Shown here in pieces: positions 49,366 to 62,933 of a DNA stretch of 64,000 nt. The position numbers and the translations under genes are program-made. The stretch lies in contig CAIQBE010000022.1 in assembly GCA_903870015.1 (NCBI GenBank), positions 99 through 64,098 of the forward strand, read 5' to 3'. Origin of the DNA: an uncultured Thiotrichales bacterium (GTDB lineage: Bacteria > Pseudomonadota > Gammaproteobacteria > Francisellales > CACEW01). The notes beneath the pieces were generated by a model that was not told the origin of the DNA, did not search any database, and was given only the letters and a program-made list of their open reading frames with translations. The first letter of the stretch is position 1; each line of letters begins with the position of its first letter.

Positions 49366-50817
49366 TCAATAGCGATAATGCTCGGGTTTATAAGGACCAT
49401 TCACGTTTACGCCGATATACTTCGCCTGTTTGGGCGTTAGTTTGGTTAAGCGTACGCCTAGTTTTGGTAGATGTAAACGTGCGACTTCTTCATCGAGGGC
49501 TTTGGGTAGGCGATATACGTCAGCTTTGTATTTACCTTTATTTTGCCAGAGTTCGATTTGTGCCAGTACTTGATTGGTAAAGGACATGGACATGACAAAG
49601 CTAGGGTGACCGTTAGCACAGCCTAAATTTGCAAGGCGGCCTTTGGCTAAGAGGATAATGCGTTTTCCATTAGGGAAAATCACGTGATCGACTTGTGGTT
49701 TAATTTCTTTCCAGATACATTTCTTTAGTGAAGCAACATCGATTTCATTATCAAAATGTCCAATATTGAGGACAATGGCTTGATCCTTCATCTTGTTCAT
49801 GTGCTCGTAACCGATGACATTGCAGTTACCGGTTGTTGTAATAAAAATATCAGCATCGTTGCAAGTCTCATCAATCGTGGTGACGCTATAACCTTCCATG
49901 GCGGCTTGCAAGGCATTGATGGGGTCGATTTCGGTGACAATAACTTGGGCGCCTAAACCACGCATTGCGGCGGCAGCACCTTTTCCGACATCACCATAAC
50001 CTAAAATCACGGCTTTTTTACCGGCTACCATAACATCGGTGGCGCGTTTTAAGCCATCCATTACTGATTCGCGAATTCCATACATATTATCAAATTTTGA
50101 TTTAGTGACGGAGTCATTCACATTAATCGCGGGCATTTTAAGTGTGCCAGCCTGGGCCATTTCGTACAGGCGATGAACGCCGGTGGTGGTTTCTTCACTG
50201 ACGCCGACGATGCCTTTTAGAATTTGTGGGTATTTCTTGTGAATCAGTACGGTTAGATCTCCGCCGTCATCCAGTAAAATATTAGGCTGCCAACCTTTTT
50301 TGCCGTCGATGGTTTGTTCTACGCACCACCAGTATTCGGCTTCGGTTTCACCTTTCCATGCAAACACAGGAATGCCTGCCGCTGCAATGGCTGCTGCCGC
50401 ATGATCTTGAGTTGAAAAAATATTGCAAGAAGACCAGCGTACTTCAGCGCCTAGGGTGATCAAAGTTTCAATGAGTACAGCGGTTTGGATGGTCATGTGC
50501 AGGCAGCCAGCAATGCGTGCGCCTTTTAAAGGCTTTTTGCGGCCATATTCTTTACGTAAGCTCATAAGGCCCGGCATTTCGGTTTCAGCAATGGTAATTT
50601 CGCGTCTGCCCCAGTCAGCTAAGCTTAGATCTTTGACTTTAAAATCATCTGTCGTTGTAGATTTTGCTTCGACTTTTTTTGTGGCTTTTGGTGCTGTAGT
50701 TTTCTTAGTGGTTTTCATAATCGCCTTCTTACTGGTTAATGTTTTTGGTTTCGCTTTTGTTTTAACGGGTTTTGGAGTTTCTTCCTCAAAGTTAAAACTT
50801 AAGTTATCAAGTTGCAT
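49366..50817 (-). CDS. ahcY: Adenosylhomocysteinase, with Lys/Thr/Pro-rich N-terminal extension
   Basis: The conserved core starts at '[27 protein letters not shown]'. 'GYGDVGKG' is the NAD site. The ATG at 50817 lies 1 nt after the hisS stop; an alternative start is ATG 50718. Confidence 0.9.
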   Translation of the reverse strand: MQLDNLSFNFEEETPKPVKTKAKPKTLTSKKAIMKTTKKTTAPKATKKVEAKSTTTDDFKVKDLSLADWGRREITIAETEMPGLMSLRKEYGRKKPLKGARIAGCLHMTIQTAVLIETLITLGAEVRWSSCNIFSTQDHAAAAIAAAGIPVFAWKGETEAEYWWCVEQTIDGKKGWQPNILLDDGGDLTVLIHKKYPQILKGIVGVSEETTTGVHRLYEMAQAGTLKMPAINVNDSVTKSKFDNMYGIRESVMDGLKRATDVMVAGKKAVILGYGDVGKGAAAAMRGLGAQVIVTEIDPINALQAAMEGYSVTTIDETCNDADIFITTTGNCNVIGYEHMNKMKDQAIVLNIGHFDNEIDVASLKKCIWKEIKPQVDHVIFPNGKRIILLAKGRLANLGCANGHPSFVMSMSFTNQVLAQIELWQNKGKYKADVYRLPKALDEEVARLHLPKLGVRLTKLTPKQAKYIGVNVNGPYKPEHYRY

Positions 50818-50818
50818 G

Positions 50819-52093
50819 TTAAGTTCTCTTTTTTATTTCTAGTAAATGTTCGGTGACTTTAGTGTAGCTAATATTAGCTTGGGGATGGTCTTCACGCAAG
50901 TATTTTAGGCTGACTTCATTGTTTTTCAGTTCATCCTCGCCGATGATGATAGCGAAGCGCGCTCCGGATTTATCGGCTTTTTTAAATTGATTTTTGAAAC
51001 TGGTATCGCCATGGCTCATGTGCGTGCTGATATTATGATCGCGCAGTGTTTGCATGAGTTTAAAACCTTGTATCGCTGCCTCTGCTCCCACGGCGACTAA
51101 AAATACGTCGGGTGTGTGATTTAGTGTTGGATATGCGTTGATTTGGTCTAGTAATAAAATTAAACGCTCAAGGCCGATCGCAAATCCAAAGGCGGGAGTA
51201 TTGTCCCCGCCTAATTCTGTTACCAAGCTATCATAGCGACCGCCGCCACCGATGGCCGATTGTGAGCCCAATAAGTCCGTCGTCCATTCAAAAGCCGTGA
51301 GATTATAGTAGTCGAGACCACGCACTAAGTGTGGGTTTAGCACATAGGGAATGCCAATGGCCTCTAGGCGTGTGATGACATTCTCAAAATGTGCTTGAGT
51401 TTTGGGGCTTAAGTAATCCGCTAATTTGGGCGCGTTTTGTAAAATATTTTTAGTGCTTTCAACTTTAGAATCCAAAATGCGTAAGGGATTGGTTGCAAGC
51501 CTGCGTTGACTATCTTCATCTAGATCTTGTCTATATTGTTCTAGATAGGCGGTCAATGCTTGGCGAAATTGAGCACGTTCGTCTTTTTGGCCTAAATTAT
51601 TGAGTTCAAGGCGGGCGTGAGTTTTGAGCCCCAGTTTTTTTAAAATGGCGGCAAAAATGCTGATTACTTCAGCGTCAATATCAGCGCTTGCAATGCCGAA
51701 AGTTTCTACACCAAGTTGATGAAATTGGCGATACCTGCCTTTTTGAGGGCGTTCATAGCGAAACATTGGGCCTGAATACCAAAGTTTTTGTATTTGATTA
51801 TGGAGTAGGCCATGCTCAAGTGCTGCGCGTACACAACCTGCAGTACCCTCTGGACGTAAGCTTAGACTTTCATCGTTGCGATCTAAAAAAGTATACATTT
51901 CTTTTTCAACAACATCGGTATGTGTGCCGATACCGCGTATAAAAAGCTCGGTTTTTTCAAGGATGGGAAAGGCAATTGGTTCAAAGCCGTAGGTGCTGAT
52001 AAGCTCTGCGATCGTGTTGGTGACGTAATGAAATTTTTGTGCCTCGAGAGGTAGTAAATCATTCATGCCGCGGATGGCTTGGATTTTGCTCAT
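50819..52093 (-). CDS. hisS: Histidine--tRNA ligase
   Basis: '[12 protein letters not shown]', '[12 protein letters not shown]', '[16 protein letters not shown]' and 'GGGRYD'. Confidence 0.95.
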   Translation of the reverse strand: MSKIQAIRGMNDLLPLEAQKFHYVTNTIAELISTYGFEPIAFPILEKTELFIRGIGTHTDVVEKEMYTFLDRNDESLSLRPEGTAGCVRAALEHGLLHNQIQKLWYSGPMFRYERPQKGRYRQFHQLGVETFGIASADIDAEVISIFAAILKKLGLKTHARLELNNLGQKDERAQFRQALTAYLEQYRQDLDEDSQRRLATNPLRILDSKVESTKNILQNAPKLADYLSPKTQAHFENVITRLEAIGIPYVLNPHLVRGLDYYNLTAFEWTTDLLGSQSAIGGGGRYDSLVTELGGDNTPAFGFAIGLERLILLLDQINAYPTLNHTPDVFLVAVGAEAAIQGFKLMQTLRDHNISTHMSHGDTSFKNQFKKADKSGARFAIIIGEDELKNNEVSLKYLREDHPQANISYTKVTEHLLEIKKRT

Positions 52094-52105
52094 AAATAAG
52101 ACTCA

Positions 52106-52417
52106 TTAAAGTTTAGGTTTGACATCAACCTCTGGAATTTCATAAACTTGACTAAAGTCAGGAGGTGTTGATTTAAAAATTACGTCTGGACTATACGAGT
52201 TTTGTCCTGGAGGGATATTGAATTTTGGTGCAAAATTAGGTGTGCTTAAATCTTTGGGTGTTTGTATTGGTGCGCTTAAATTTTCGACACTGGTGCGCGC
52301 GTAATCGAAGTTGCGATTGCGTAGTGAGTTGGAATTGGCGACAGAACTACATCCTGTTAAATTAAGGCATAAAATAAGTAAACTTAGTAAAGTAATTCTT
52401 TTCAACATATGGGGCAT
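52106..52417 (-). CDS. Small lipoprotein, function unknown
   Basis: Signal peptide plus the lipobox 'LTGCSS'. 103 aa. Confidence 0.5.
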   Translation of the reverse strand: MPHMLKRITLLSLLILCLNLTGCSSVANSNSLRNRNFDYARTSVENLSAPIQTPKDLSTPNFAPKFNIPPGQNSYSPDVIFKSTPPDFSQVYEIPEVDVKPKL

Positions 52418-52442
52418 TTAGGTACAATGTTAATTCTTACAA

Positions 52443-53255
52443 ATGATTATAACGGAAAACTTCAAAATGCGAAACCTAACAATGCATAAAAAAATATTCC
52501 TTATTGCTATCTTAACGAGCTTAACGGCGTTATCCGGCTGTGTGTCTGCGCCCTTTGCTTTAGGAGTGGCTGGTGGGACCGTGGCGGCTAATTCCGCTGG
52601 AAGCTCGGTTACGGTGCCTCAGCAGGCTACTGATTTAACGATTCGTTCGAATATTTATACTATTCTTAATAATATGCCTGGTCTTAATGGTGCTAACGTT
52701 GAGGTGACGGTATTTAATGGAATAGTCTTGTTATTGGGGCAGGTGGGTAGTGAGGATTTAATGCAAAAAATTGTGAGCCAAACCTCTGCACTTGATGGCG
52801 TGATTGTGGTTTATAATCAAATGACGGTCGGTCCTAACGAACCCTTCTCGCAATATACGAGTGATAGCTGGATTACCAGCAAAGTCATTACGAGTATGAC
52901 TAAAAAAATCAATCCTACACATTTCAAGGTAGTCACTCAAAATGGTGTTGTGTATATTTTAGGTCAAGTTACGCATGATGAGGCTACTGTTGCGGTGGCG
53001 CAAGCGCAGCAAGTGAGTGGTGTGAAAAGTATTGTCAAAATTTTCAATTATGTTAATCCAACCAAGCCTCAGCCTGAGGTGGTCACCGTTGATCCCAATG
53101 CGAAAGCCCCGCCTGAGGCTTCAAATCCCCAAGCAGCGGCACCCGCCTCATCGAATAATGATGATGCCGTGCCTCAATATGCCCCTAGTTATGGTGCGGA
53201 TGATTCAAGCAGTGGTTCGGGTTCTAAGGCGGTTGGGTCTGCGGCTTCGGATTAA
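52443..53255 (+). CDS. BON-domain lipoprotein (DolP/OsmY-like)
   Basis: Lipobox 'LSGC' and two BON domains ('VTVFNGIVLLLGQV', 'VVTQNGVVYILGQV'), with a low-complexity tail. The start is probably internal, at ATG 52467 or 52482. Confidence 0.7.
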   Translation: MIITENFKMRNLTMHKKIFLIAILTSLTALSGCVSAPFALGVAGGTVAANSAGSSVTVPQQATDLTIRSNIYTILNNMPGLNGANVEVTVFNGIVLLLGQVGSEDLMQKIVSQTSALDGVIVVYNQMTVGPNEPFSQYTSDSWITSKVITSMTKKINPTHFKVVTQNGVVYILGQVTHDEATVAVAQAQQVSGVKSIVKIFNYVNPTKPQPEVVTVDPNAKAPPEASNPQAAAPASSNNDDAVPQYAPSYGADDSSSGSGSKAVGSAASD

Positions 53256-54385
53256 AATTCTGTAAGAGTCGCTTTATCATTCATGATACCAGTGTTTAAG
53301 GCTGTTGGCAGCAAAACCCAGTAAGTTCCGGGCGATGCTAGGTGGCTAGCTAGGTCTTTTGCCCGTGCGCCGCTACCCCAATAAATGTCCCCTCGAATTG
53401 GGCCATTGATAGCGCCTCCCGTATCTTGTGCGACCATCATGCGTGTGAAAGCCGTGCCATGACTATTGGGGTCGGTATTGCTTGGATAAAAGCTGCTAAG
53501 CCAGATTGGGGTTCCTAAGGGAATATAGCCAGTATCAACCGCGAGTGAGTGCCCGGGCGTCAGTGGAATTTTTTCAGCGCCTAAGGGTTCTGGAGTATTC
53601 AGTATTTTAAAAAATACATAAGAGGCGTCAATATTCATAATATTTTGTGCCATTGCAGGATTGTTGTTCAGCCAGCTCTCTAGCGTTTGTATGCTGCCTT
53701 TGGGTTTTGTTGCGCCAATGTCTTTTAAAAAGCGTCCAATTGGATAGTAGGGAAAGCCATTTTGACCTGCGTAGCCTAATAATACACTTTGTCCTTTTGG
53801 CAATAAAATTTTACCGGAGCCTTGTACCTGCATAAAATAAAGGTCCACAGGATTATGGATCCAGGCTAATGCTTGTGCATCAGGCAACATTCCTGCATTG
53901 ATTTGCTCACGATAGGGTATGTTCGATTTTTTTTGCGGCATGGCGTATATCGGAATTTGGTAATAGGGGGTTTTAGTCAGGCTGCCTTTGATTTCAGGTA
54001 GATAGTAGCCGGTGAATAAACCTTGGCGTGAGAAATTATGGACAACGAGGTAAGGTTGGAAATAAGTTTCTAATATTGTTTTGGCGCTCTTGCTATTTGC
54101 TTGTGCAGGAATATTCAGAATACCTTGGCAGCTGATCATCCACGGGAGTTCGCCCCTGATGTCAAAGTTGCTTTGAAAATAATAAGGATAGAGCATTAGG
54201 TTGCGTTGACAGGATGCCTTGATAGCAGTGAGTAATTTATTGTTAATGCGGCTTTGTTGCCATTCGGGCAGGGTGTTATAGTTTTGAGGGATAAAGTACA
54301 CGGACGCCATTGTAGGAAAAGCAAATAGCGCCAGTGTGATGATGATGCAGGTTTTTTGTAAAAAGCGTTGTGCGATGCTTTTCAT
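53252..54385 (-). CDS. mltA: Membrane-bound lytic murein transglycosylase A
   Basis: The MltA domain plus the 3D domain 'VAQDTGGAINGPIRGDIYWGSG'. Confidence 0.8.
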   Translation of the reverse strand: MKSIAQRFLQKTCIIITLALFAFPTMASVYFIPQNYNTLPEWQQSRINNKLLTAIKASCQRNLMLYPYYFQSNFDIRGELPWMISCQGILNIPAQANSKSAKTILETYFQPYLVVHNFSRQGLFTGYYLPEIKGSLTKTPYYQIPIYAMPQKKSNIPYREQINAGMLPDAQALAWIHNPVDLYFMQVQGSGKILLPKGQSVLLGYAGQNGFPYYPIGRFLKDIGATKPKGSIQTLESWLNNNPAMAQNIMNIDASYVFFKILNTPEPLGAEKIPLTPGHSLAVDTGYIPLGTPIWLSSFYPSNTDPNSHGTAFTRMMVAQDTGGAINGPIRGDIYWGSGARAKDLASHLASPGTYWVLLPTALNTGIMNDKATLTEF

Positions 54386-54391
54386 TGATGG

Positions 54392-54910
54392 TTATTTAAC
54401 ACGTTCGGCACTTTTGATGATTTCAGCTTTTGCCGCAGCGGCGTTTTCAAAGCCTTCTACTTTCACCCATTTGCCAGTCTCGAGGTCTTTATAATGCTCA
54501 AAAAAATGCTTGATTTGTTTGAGTAAGAGCTCGGGTACATCGTTGATGTCTTGTACGTTTTTATAGATTGTGGTGAGTTTGTCATGAGGTACGGCAATTA
54601 TTTTGGTATCTTTACCAGATTCATCGGTCATGTTGAGCATGCCTACTGGGCGGCAGCGAATCATCGCGCCGTGTCTTAGTGGAATTGGGGTGATCACGAG
54701 CACGTCGACTGGGTCGCCGTCTTCGGAGAGGGTGTTTGGGATAAAGCCATAGTTGCAGGGGTATTGCATGCAGGTTGCCATGAAGCGATCGACAATCAGC
54801 ATATTATTTTCTTTGTCAAATTCATATTTGACAGGCTCGCTCATTGCGGGAATTTCGATGATGACATTGAGGTCATTGGGTAAATCTTTGCCACTGGAAA
54901 TTGTGCTCAT
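54392..54910 (-). CDS. ppa: Inorganic pyrophosphatase
   Basis: 'NVIIEIPA...VKYEFDKE...DRF...[19 protein letters not shown]'. Confidence 0.95.
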   Translation of the reverse strand: MSTISSGKDLPNDLNVIIEIPAMSEPVKYEFDKENNMLIVDRFMATCMQYPCNYGFIPNTLSEDGDPVDVLVITPIPLRHGAMIRCRPVGMLNMTDESGKDTKIIAVPHDKLTTIYKNVQDINDVPELLLKQIKHFFEHYKDLETGKWVKVEGFENAAAAKAEIIKSAERVK

Positions 54911-54921
54911 TATAATTGCTC

Positions 54922-55605
54922 CTATGATAAGTTTAAGACTTTGCTCATCTCGGCGACCGAGCTTGAGTTTAAATTCGCCATGACGTTTTCGCCCAGTTGT
55001 TGACTGATCCTTGAAATCGAAAAGAGTCCGCGCAGTGTTTCGTTGCCATCTTCATTGGCGATAACAAAAATATAGTTAGTGTTGAGCTCATGCAGTAAGC
55101 GCACGATATGCCCAACACGTGCATTAGAAAGCTCATCAAAATTGAGCGTATGTAAGCTTTCAGGTCGGGTCATCAGCATTTTGACGGTTAGCTCGGTCAT
55201 TTTAAGGTCAAATTGATGGGCAATCATAGCGGCTTTATTGCTTTGAATATCCCGGGCAGACACGTGGCCGATGATTTGATTGTCGTTGTTGACGACAAAG
55301 AGTGATTTTACCCCAAGAAGCTTCATTTGTTGCAAAGCCTCATGAATGGGTGTCGTTGCATGTGCGGTATAGGGCGGGCGCTTTTGAAAGTCAGTGATGA
55401 CCGTGATCGCTGGATCATCGAGATGCGCAATTTCATAATTTTGTATCGTGGTCGTGAAGCTCGTGTTTTCTTTGAGGGTATTGGTTTTGAGCAAGGCGTA
55501 GGTTTGGTTCATAATCATCTTTTTTATAAACTTTGAGTGTGCTTGCGATTGTACAGAAAAAATGGGCTTGGAGCAAATCGCGTTTATGGTTTTTATAGAG
55601 AGCAA
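54922..55605 (-). CDS. CBS domain pair protein
   Basis: Two CBS-like modules are visible ('[24 protein letters not shown]', '[21 protein letters not shown]'). The start is uncertain. Confidence 0.6.
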   Translation of the reverse strand: MLSIKTINAICSKPIFSVQSQAHSKFIKKMIMNQTYALLKTNTLKENTSFTTTIQNYEIAHLDDPAITVITDFQKRPPYTAHATTPIHEALQQMKLLGVKSLFVVNNDNQIIGHVSARDIQSNKAAMIAHQFDLKMTELTVKMLMTRPESLHTLNFDELSNARVGHIVRLLHELNTNYIFVIANEDGNETLRGLFSISRISQQLGENVMANLNSSSVAEMSKVLNLS

Positions 55606-55662
55606 ATAAAATTATCAATATTGCGGCTCTTTAATAAATATGACAATATATTCATGTTTTAA

Positions 55663-56034
55663 TATCGAAATATTGGTAAGCGCTTTCATGTTCCAACCTA
55701 TAGTATTCTTCTCATCGTATTGGTGCAATTGATTATCGGTAGTTTTTTTAATTTGGATCTTATTACCGAAGTTATAAACTTTGGGGCTTTATTTGGATTT
55801 GTTTTATTAAATGCGGCTACATTTTTGCATATTTTGCGCCATAAGCCCTATAAGCGTAAGTTCTCCCCTGTTTTGCTTATACCTGTGATAGGGGTGTTGT
55901 TGAACTTTTGGATTTTGGCTCATTTGGGGGCTGTGGCGCTTGTGGTTGGTGGTGTTTGGCTATTGCTAGGTATTGTGCTCTATTTTGTTAATAGTATTAC
56001 AAATGAGGAGTATCCTAATGACAAAGCGTCCTAA
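55663..56034 (+). pseudogene. 3' remnant of an APC-family amino-acid permease
   Basis: The frame opens after a TAA at 55660. It reads 'GKRFHVPTYSILLIVLVQLIIGSFFNLDLITEVINFGALFGFVLLNAATFL...', matching only the last ~3 TM helices of a ~450-aa APC transporter. No N-terminal part is present. Confidence 0.65.
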
Positions 56035-56064
56035 ACCATTTAGAATAGCGGTTGTCTTTCACTA

Positions 56065-57085
56065 TTGATGTTATGTATGTTACCTAATTTTGTTTACCAT
56101 CAAGGCCCACCGGATTTAGAGGCTTGGTTTAAGAAAATGTTTGCCAAGATCAGTGGTCCTAAGCGTGCGACACTTAAGGATTTTAAGCCGCCTGAAGCTC
56201 GGGGTTTTAATAGCTGGTGGGTCATTGTGCCGTTTGTTGCTGTGGCTTCAATTTTGCTGTCTGGGGTTGTGTCGGTTAGCCCTGATGAGCAGACAGTGGT
56301 GACTCGTTTTGGTGTGTATCAAACGACGTTGCAGCCGGGAACGCATTGGACTTTGCCTTTTGTGGATCGGCATATTAGTGTGGATATAACCGATGCTACG
56401 CAAGTTAATATATCGAGCCTAATGCTGACCCAAGACCAAGATCTTGTCAATGTTGGGGTTAGTTTAAGTTATAAAGTTGTCGATCCTAAGGCGTATCTTT
56501 TTGTGAATGCTGATGTGGATGGCATGTTGCAGGCGTCTTTACAATCGGCTACTGTTCAGGCGTTGCAACATCAAATGATTGCAAATGCTTTGAATAAAGC
56601 TAATTTTTCTGGGATTGCCACGGCGATTCAAAATAATTTAGCTGTGCATGCGGCGACTTATGGTATTCAAATTCAAGGCGTCAGTGTTAATAGTATTAAT
56701 GTTCCCGATGCTTTAAATGGTCAATTTATGCAGGCCGTCAGTGCTGCCCAAAATCAAGTGAAAACCATGATGCAGGCAGCAGAGGATTATAGTAAAGCTG
56801 TTACTCCTGTCGCGGTTGCACGTGCCGCAGAATTACAGCGTGCGGCTAATTTAAAACGCGCAGCTGTTATTGTCGCGGCGCAGGCAAATGTTGCTGAATT
56901 TAATGCGCTCTTTCCCATCTATCAAAAAGATCCTGCAGCTACTTTGGCGTATTTGCCTTTGGTCGTTGCTTCAGATATCCGTAGCCTGGCGCCACAAGCT
57001 TCAGGTTCATCTTCAACCCCAGGAAGCTCCGCAACAGCACAGAGTGCTTATGCGCGTTGGCGTTCCGCAAATCAAAGTCAGGTCG

Positions 57086-57111
<26 letters not shown>
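56065..57111 (+). CDS. hflK: FtsH protease modulator HflK (SPFH/band-7)
   Basis: 'QGPPDLEAWFKKMF', one TM helix and an SPFH domain. Gene order is hflK-hflC-purA. Confidence 0.8.
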
Positions 57112-60235
<3,124 letters not shown>

Positions 60236-60239
<4 letters not shown>

Positions 60240-60799
60240 GTATTAAGGCGGATCGTTGGATTGTTGAACAAGCGCGTGCGGGTATGATTGAGCCTTTTGA
60301 TGCGGGTCAAGTGCGTGAGAAAGAGGGGTATAAAATTATTTCTTATGGTACTTCAAGTTATGGTTATGATGTGCGCTGTGCTGATGAGTTTAAGATTTTT
60401 ACTAATATTAATTCTACGATTGTTGATCCCAAAGCCTTTGATGCTAAAAACTTTGTTGATTTTAAAGGTGATGTTTGTATTATTCCGCCTAATTCTTTTG
60501 CGCTCGCGCATACGGTTGAGTATTTTAAGATTCCGCGTAATGTCTTGACGATTTGTTTGGGGAAATCGACTTATGCGCGTTGTGGGATTATTGTGAATGT
60601 CACGCCGCTTGAACCCGAGTGGGAGGGGCATGTGACCTTGGAGTTTTCAAATACTACGCCATTGCCAGCAAAAATTTATGCATTTGAAGGTGTGGCGCAA
60701 ATGTTATTTTTAGAATCTGATGAGCAGTGTGTGACTTCGTATAAAGATCGGGGTGGTAAGTATCAGGGGCAGCGTGGGGTCACGCTGCCTAAAACTTAA
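60236..60799 (+). CDS. dcd: dCTP deaminase
   Basis: 'MSIKADRWI', 'SSYGYDVR' and '[31 protein letters not shown]'. Confidence 0.92.
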
Positions 60800-60803
60800 G
60801 TGC

Positions 60804-61205
60804 TTACGCTTGCTCTTTTTGTTCTGCAGGTGCGGCAACAGGTGCGGCTGCTTTAGGAGTGGTAAGGCGTTCACGAATACGTGCAGCTTTACCTGATAAG
60901 GTACGAATGTTGTAAAGTTTAGCACGGCGAATATCTCCGCGACGTTTTACGGTCACGCTGCCGATCATGGGGCTATGGGTTTGAAATACGCGTTCAACGC
61001 CCTCGCCATCAGACATTTTACGTACGGTGAAAGAAGAATTCATTCCGCGGTTGCGTTTAGCAATTACAGTGCCCTCAAAGCCTTGTAAGCGCTCGTTGTT
61101 ACCTTCTTTTACTTTAACCTGTACTAATACCGTATCGCCTGAGCGAAATGCGGGAATATCGGTGCGAATCATGCTCTGCTCTAGGGCTTGAATTAATTTT
61201 GACAT
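60804..61205 (-). CDS. rplS: 50S ribosomal protein L19 (with ~20-aa Ala/Pro-rich C-terminal tail)
   Basis: '[38 protein letters not shown]...FTVRK'. Confidence 0.95.
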   Translation of the reverse strand: MSKLIQALEQSMIRTDIPAFRSGDTVLVQVKVKEGNNERLQGFEGTVIAKRNRGMNSSFTVRKMSDGEGVERVFQTHSPMIGSVTVKRRGDIRRAKLYNIRTLSGKAARIRERLTTPKAAAPVAAPAEQKEQA

Positions 61206-61243
61206 AGCGGGCTCCAAATTACATAATCTTTAATAGGCCTGCG

Positions 61244-61272
61244 ATTTTATCCTCTTTTTGTTAAAAAAGCAA
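61244..61272 (-). promoter_or_regulatory. Candidate sigma70 promoter of rplS
   Basis: On the minus strand: TTGCTT (61272-61267), a 17-nt spacer, then TAAAAT (61249-61244). Confidence 0.4.
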
Positions 61273-61322
61273 GCGTTTGTTGGTTTTTGCCCAGAAACTG
61301 GGTGTGCAGCAAAATTGCTCGC

Positions 61323-62069
61323 TTAAATTTCTGGTAAGCCCTCTGGAAATTCAGGTGTGTGGGCTGTGGGCTGTGGGCTTGTAAATGCCGATATAAATAT
61401 TGCAGGCTTTCCTCTTTTGTCTACTCCCCCCCTGGCCTGAAAGTCCTGTTCTTCCTTTTCGGTATATTTCATTAATTCTTGAATTTCAGCATCAGCTTTG
61501 TCTCTTTTTTCATCTAGATCTCTTTTGAGTTTTGTGTGTGTGTCCGCAGATAATTTGCCATTCTTTTCTCTGGGGTGGGTGGAGGGGGTTTTTGGCTTTA
61601 TTTTTTTCTGGTTTATCTGGTTTATTAGTTCGCCAATCGCTACAAAAGCGCTGTGGACTTTTGGGTTTTGTTCAAATACTTGGCATTTTACCAATAAAGA
61701 TGTGTATGGGAACGCGGCAAGCATTTTGAGTCTTTGTCTTGAGTGTTTTGAACATGTTGTTAATTTGAGTAATTCTTCGGCTATCATGCTAAGGATTTCT
61801 GAGTCGATCAGCGCTGCCTCTCCTATGGCTTCTGTGCTCATATCGGTTGTTCTTTCAGTGATTGCTTTTGCTACTGCGTCAAATTCGTCTACTAGAACCT
61901 GTTTTATTAGTATCTCTTTTTTTCTCTCTTTGTCCTCACGCTTGCCTGTTATGGGCTCTGGAATTCCTTTGGTCAATATTGCTTTGCCTTGATCAAAATG
62001 TTTTTTGGCTAAGGCGGTGATCTCTGCCTGAGTTAGTGGGGATCTTGTTTTTGGAGTTGCTAGACTCAT
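61323..62069 (-). CDS. Hypothetical charged/coiled-coil protein (effector-like orphan)
   Basis: The ATG at 62069 is preceded by GAGG. No recognised motif. The tracked ORF extends to 62168. Confidence 0.4.
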   Translation of the reverse strand: MSLATPKTRSPLTQAEITALAKKHFDQGKAILTKGIPEPITGKREDKERKKEILIKQVLVDEFDAVAKAITERTTDMSTEAIGEAALIDSEILSMIAEELLKLTTCSKHSRQRLKMLAAFPYTSLLVKCQVFEQNPKVHSAFVAIGELINQINQKKIKPKTPSTHPREKNGKLSADTHTKLKRDLDEKRDKADAEIQELMKYTEKEEQDFQARGGVDKRGKPAIFISAFTSPQPTAHTPEFPEGLPEI

Positions 62070-62522
62070 CCTCAACCTCAAGAGGGCTACGAAGGTTATC
62101 TCTGTTTTCCTAAAGAATAATGGGCTGGTTGCTCGTTCGTCCCTAAAGGGGTGGAGTCCTATATGCATGGCTAAATCCTTTTAAATTTTGTGTTATTATG
62201 ATTGTGGTCCGGTTGGTTTGGTTTTTAAATTATTGCCCTGAGCCTTTGATTATTGAACATCAAAAATTGTTGCTTAATTTAAATCAAACCGTTTGCCAGG
62301 TTTCATTATATTTTTTTATAATTAATTGTCAATCTTTGTTTTTGTAAAATGATTTTAGTGATGGGTTGGGCTGATTGAGGGTGTTGGTGTTATCTATATT
62401 TTTAGATGATTTTTTGGGTAGTTTGGGGTTCTGGCGTGTCTGTCTTGTATTTGGTTCTGGCAATAGCGGAGGCTTTTAACTGCTATTGCCAGGTTTGTAT
62501 TTATAATTCGGCTGAGATGACT

Positions 62523-62933
62523 CACTGGTGTCCGGTTTAATTTGAAAGCAAGGCGATGCAAGCCAGTATTTTCATTTCTTTCAGTTAATTTCAACCTGTC
62601 GGATGTTTGAATTTGGCTGTAGTTTCGTCACGTACTAAGGACTGCTACCGAACTTAGGCATGCGCCTCCCCCGGCGTCATCCTTCGAATTTTGCGTAGAA
62701 AAATTGCGGAGGATCCAGTTTTTAATAGCATGCAGCGTAGCTGCATTCATTGAGTGGGCAAGGGAGGATTGAATGCAGCTATGCTGCATGCGATTGGGTC
62801 CTGGTTCCTCCGCAAAAATTGCTGCGCAATTTTTCGAAGGATGATGCCGGGGGCCGCATGTCTGGGTTCTGCGGGAGTCTTTACTATTTATCAAAAGCTT
62901 GAGCTAACTTTTTAAACCAACCGGACACCAGTG
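62523..62933. mobile_element. 411-bp non-autonomous transposable element (MITE) with 15-bp perfect TIRs and 9-bp target-site duplication
   Basis: TIR-L 'cactggtgtccggtt' (62523-62537) is the exact reverse complement of 62919-62933. The direct repeat 'gagatgact' abuts both ends (62514-62522 and 62934-62942). There is no transposase ORF inside. Confidence 0.75.
62637..62881. repeat. Nested-palindrome repeat element, copy 2
   Basis: The core 62671-62850 is about 90% identical to 34826-35005 in the same orientation. The central loop and outermost arms have diverged. Confidence 0.85.

Noticed and set aside
50650..50817. SAH riboswitch upstream of ahcY
   Set aside because: The sequence is A-rich and lacks the GC-rich pseudoknot stems of the SAH element. 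It is an open reading frame contiguous with ahcY.
56870..57085. 5' extension of the hflC ORF
   Set aside because: It lies inside hflK in another frame. The HflC membrane anchor starts after ATG 57086.
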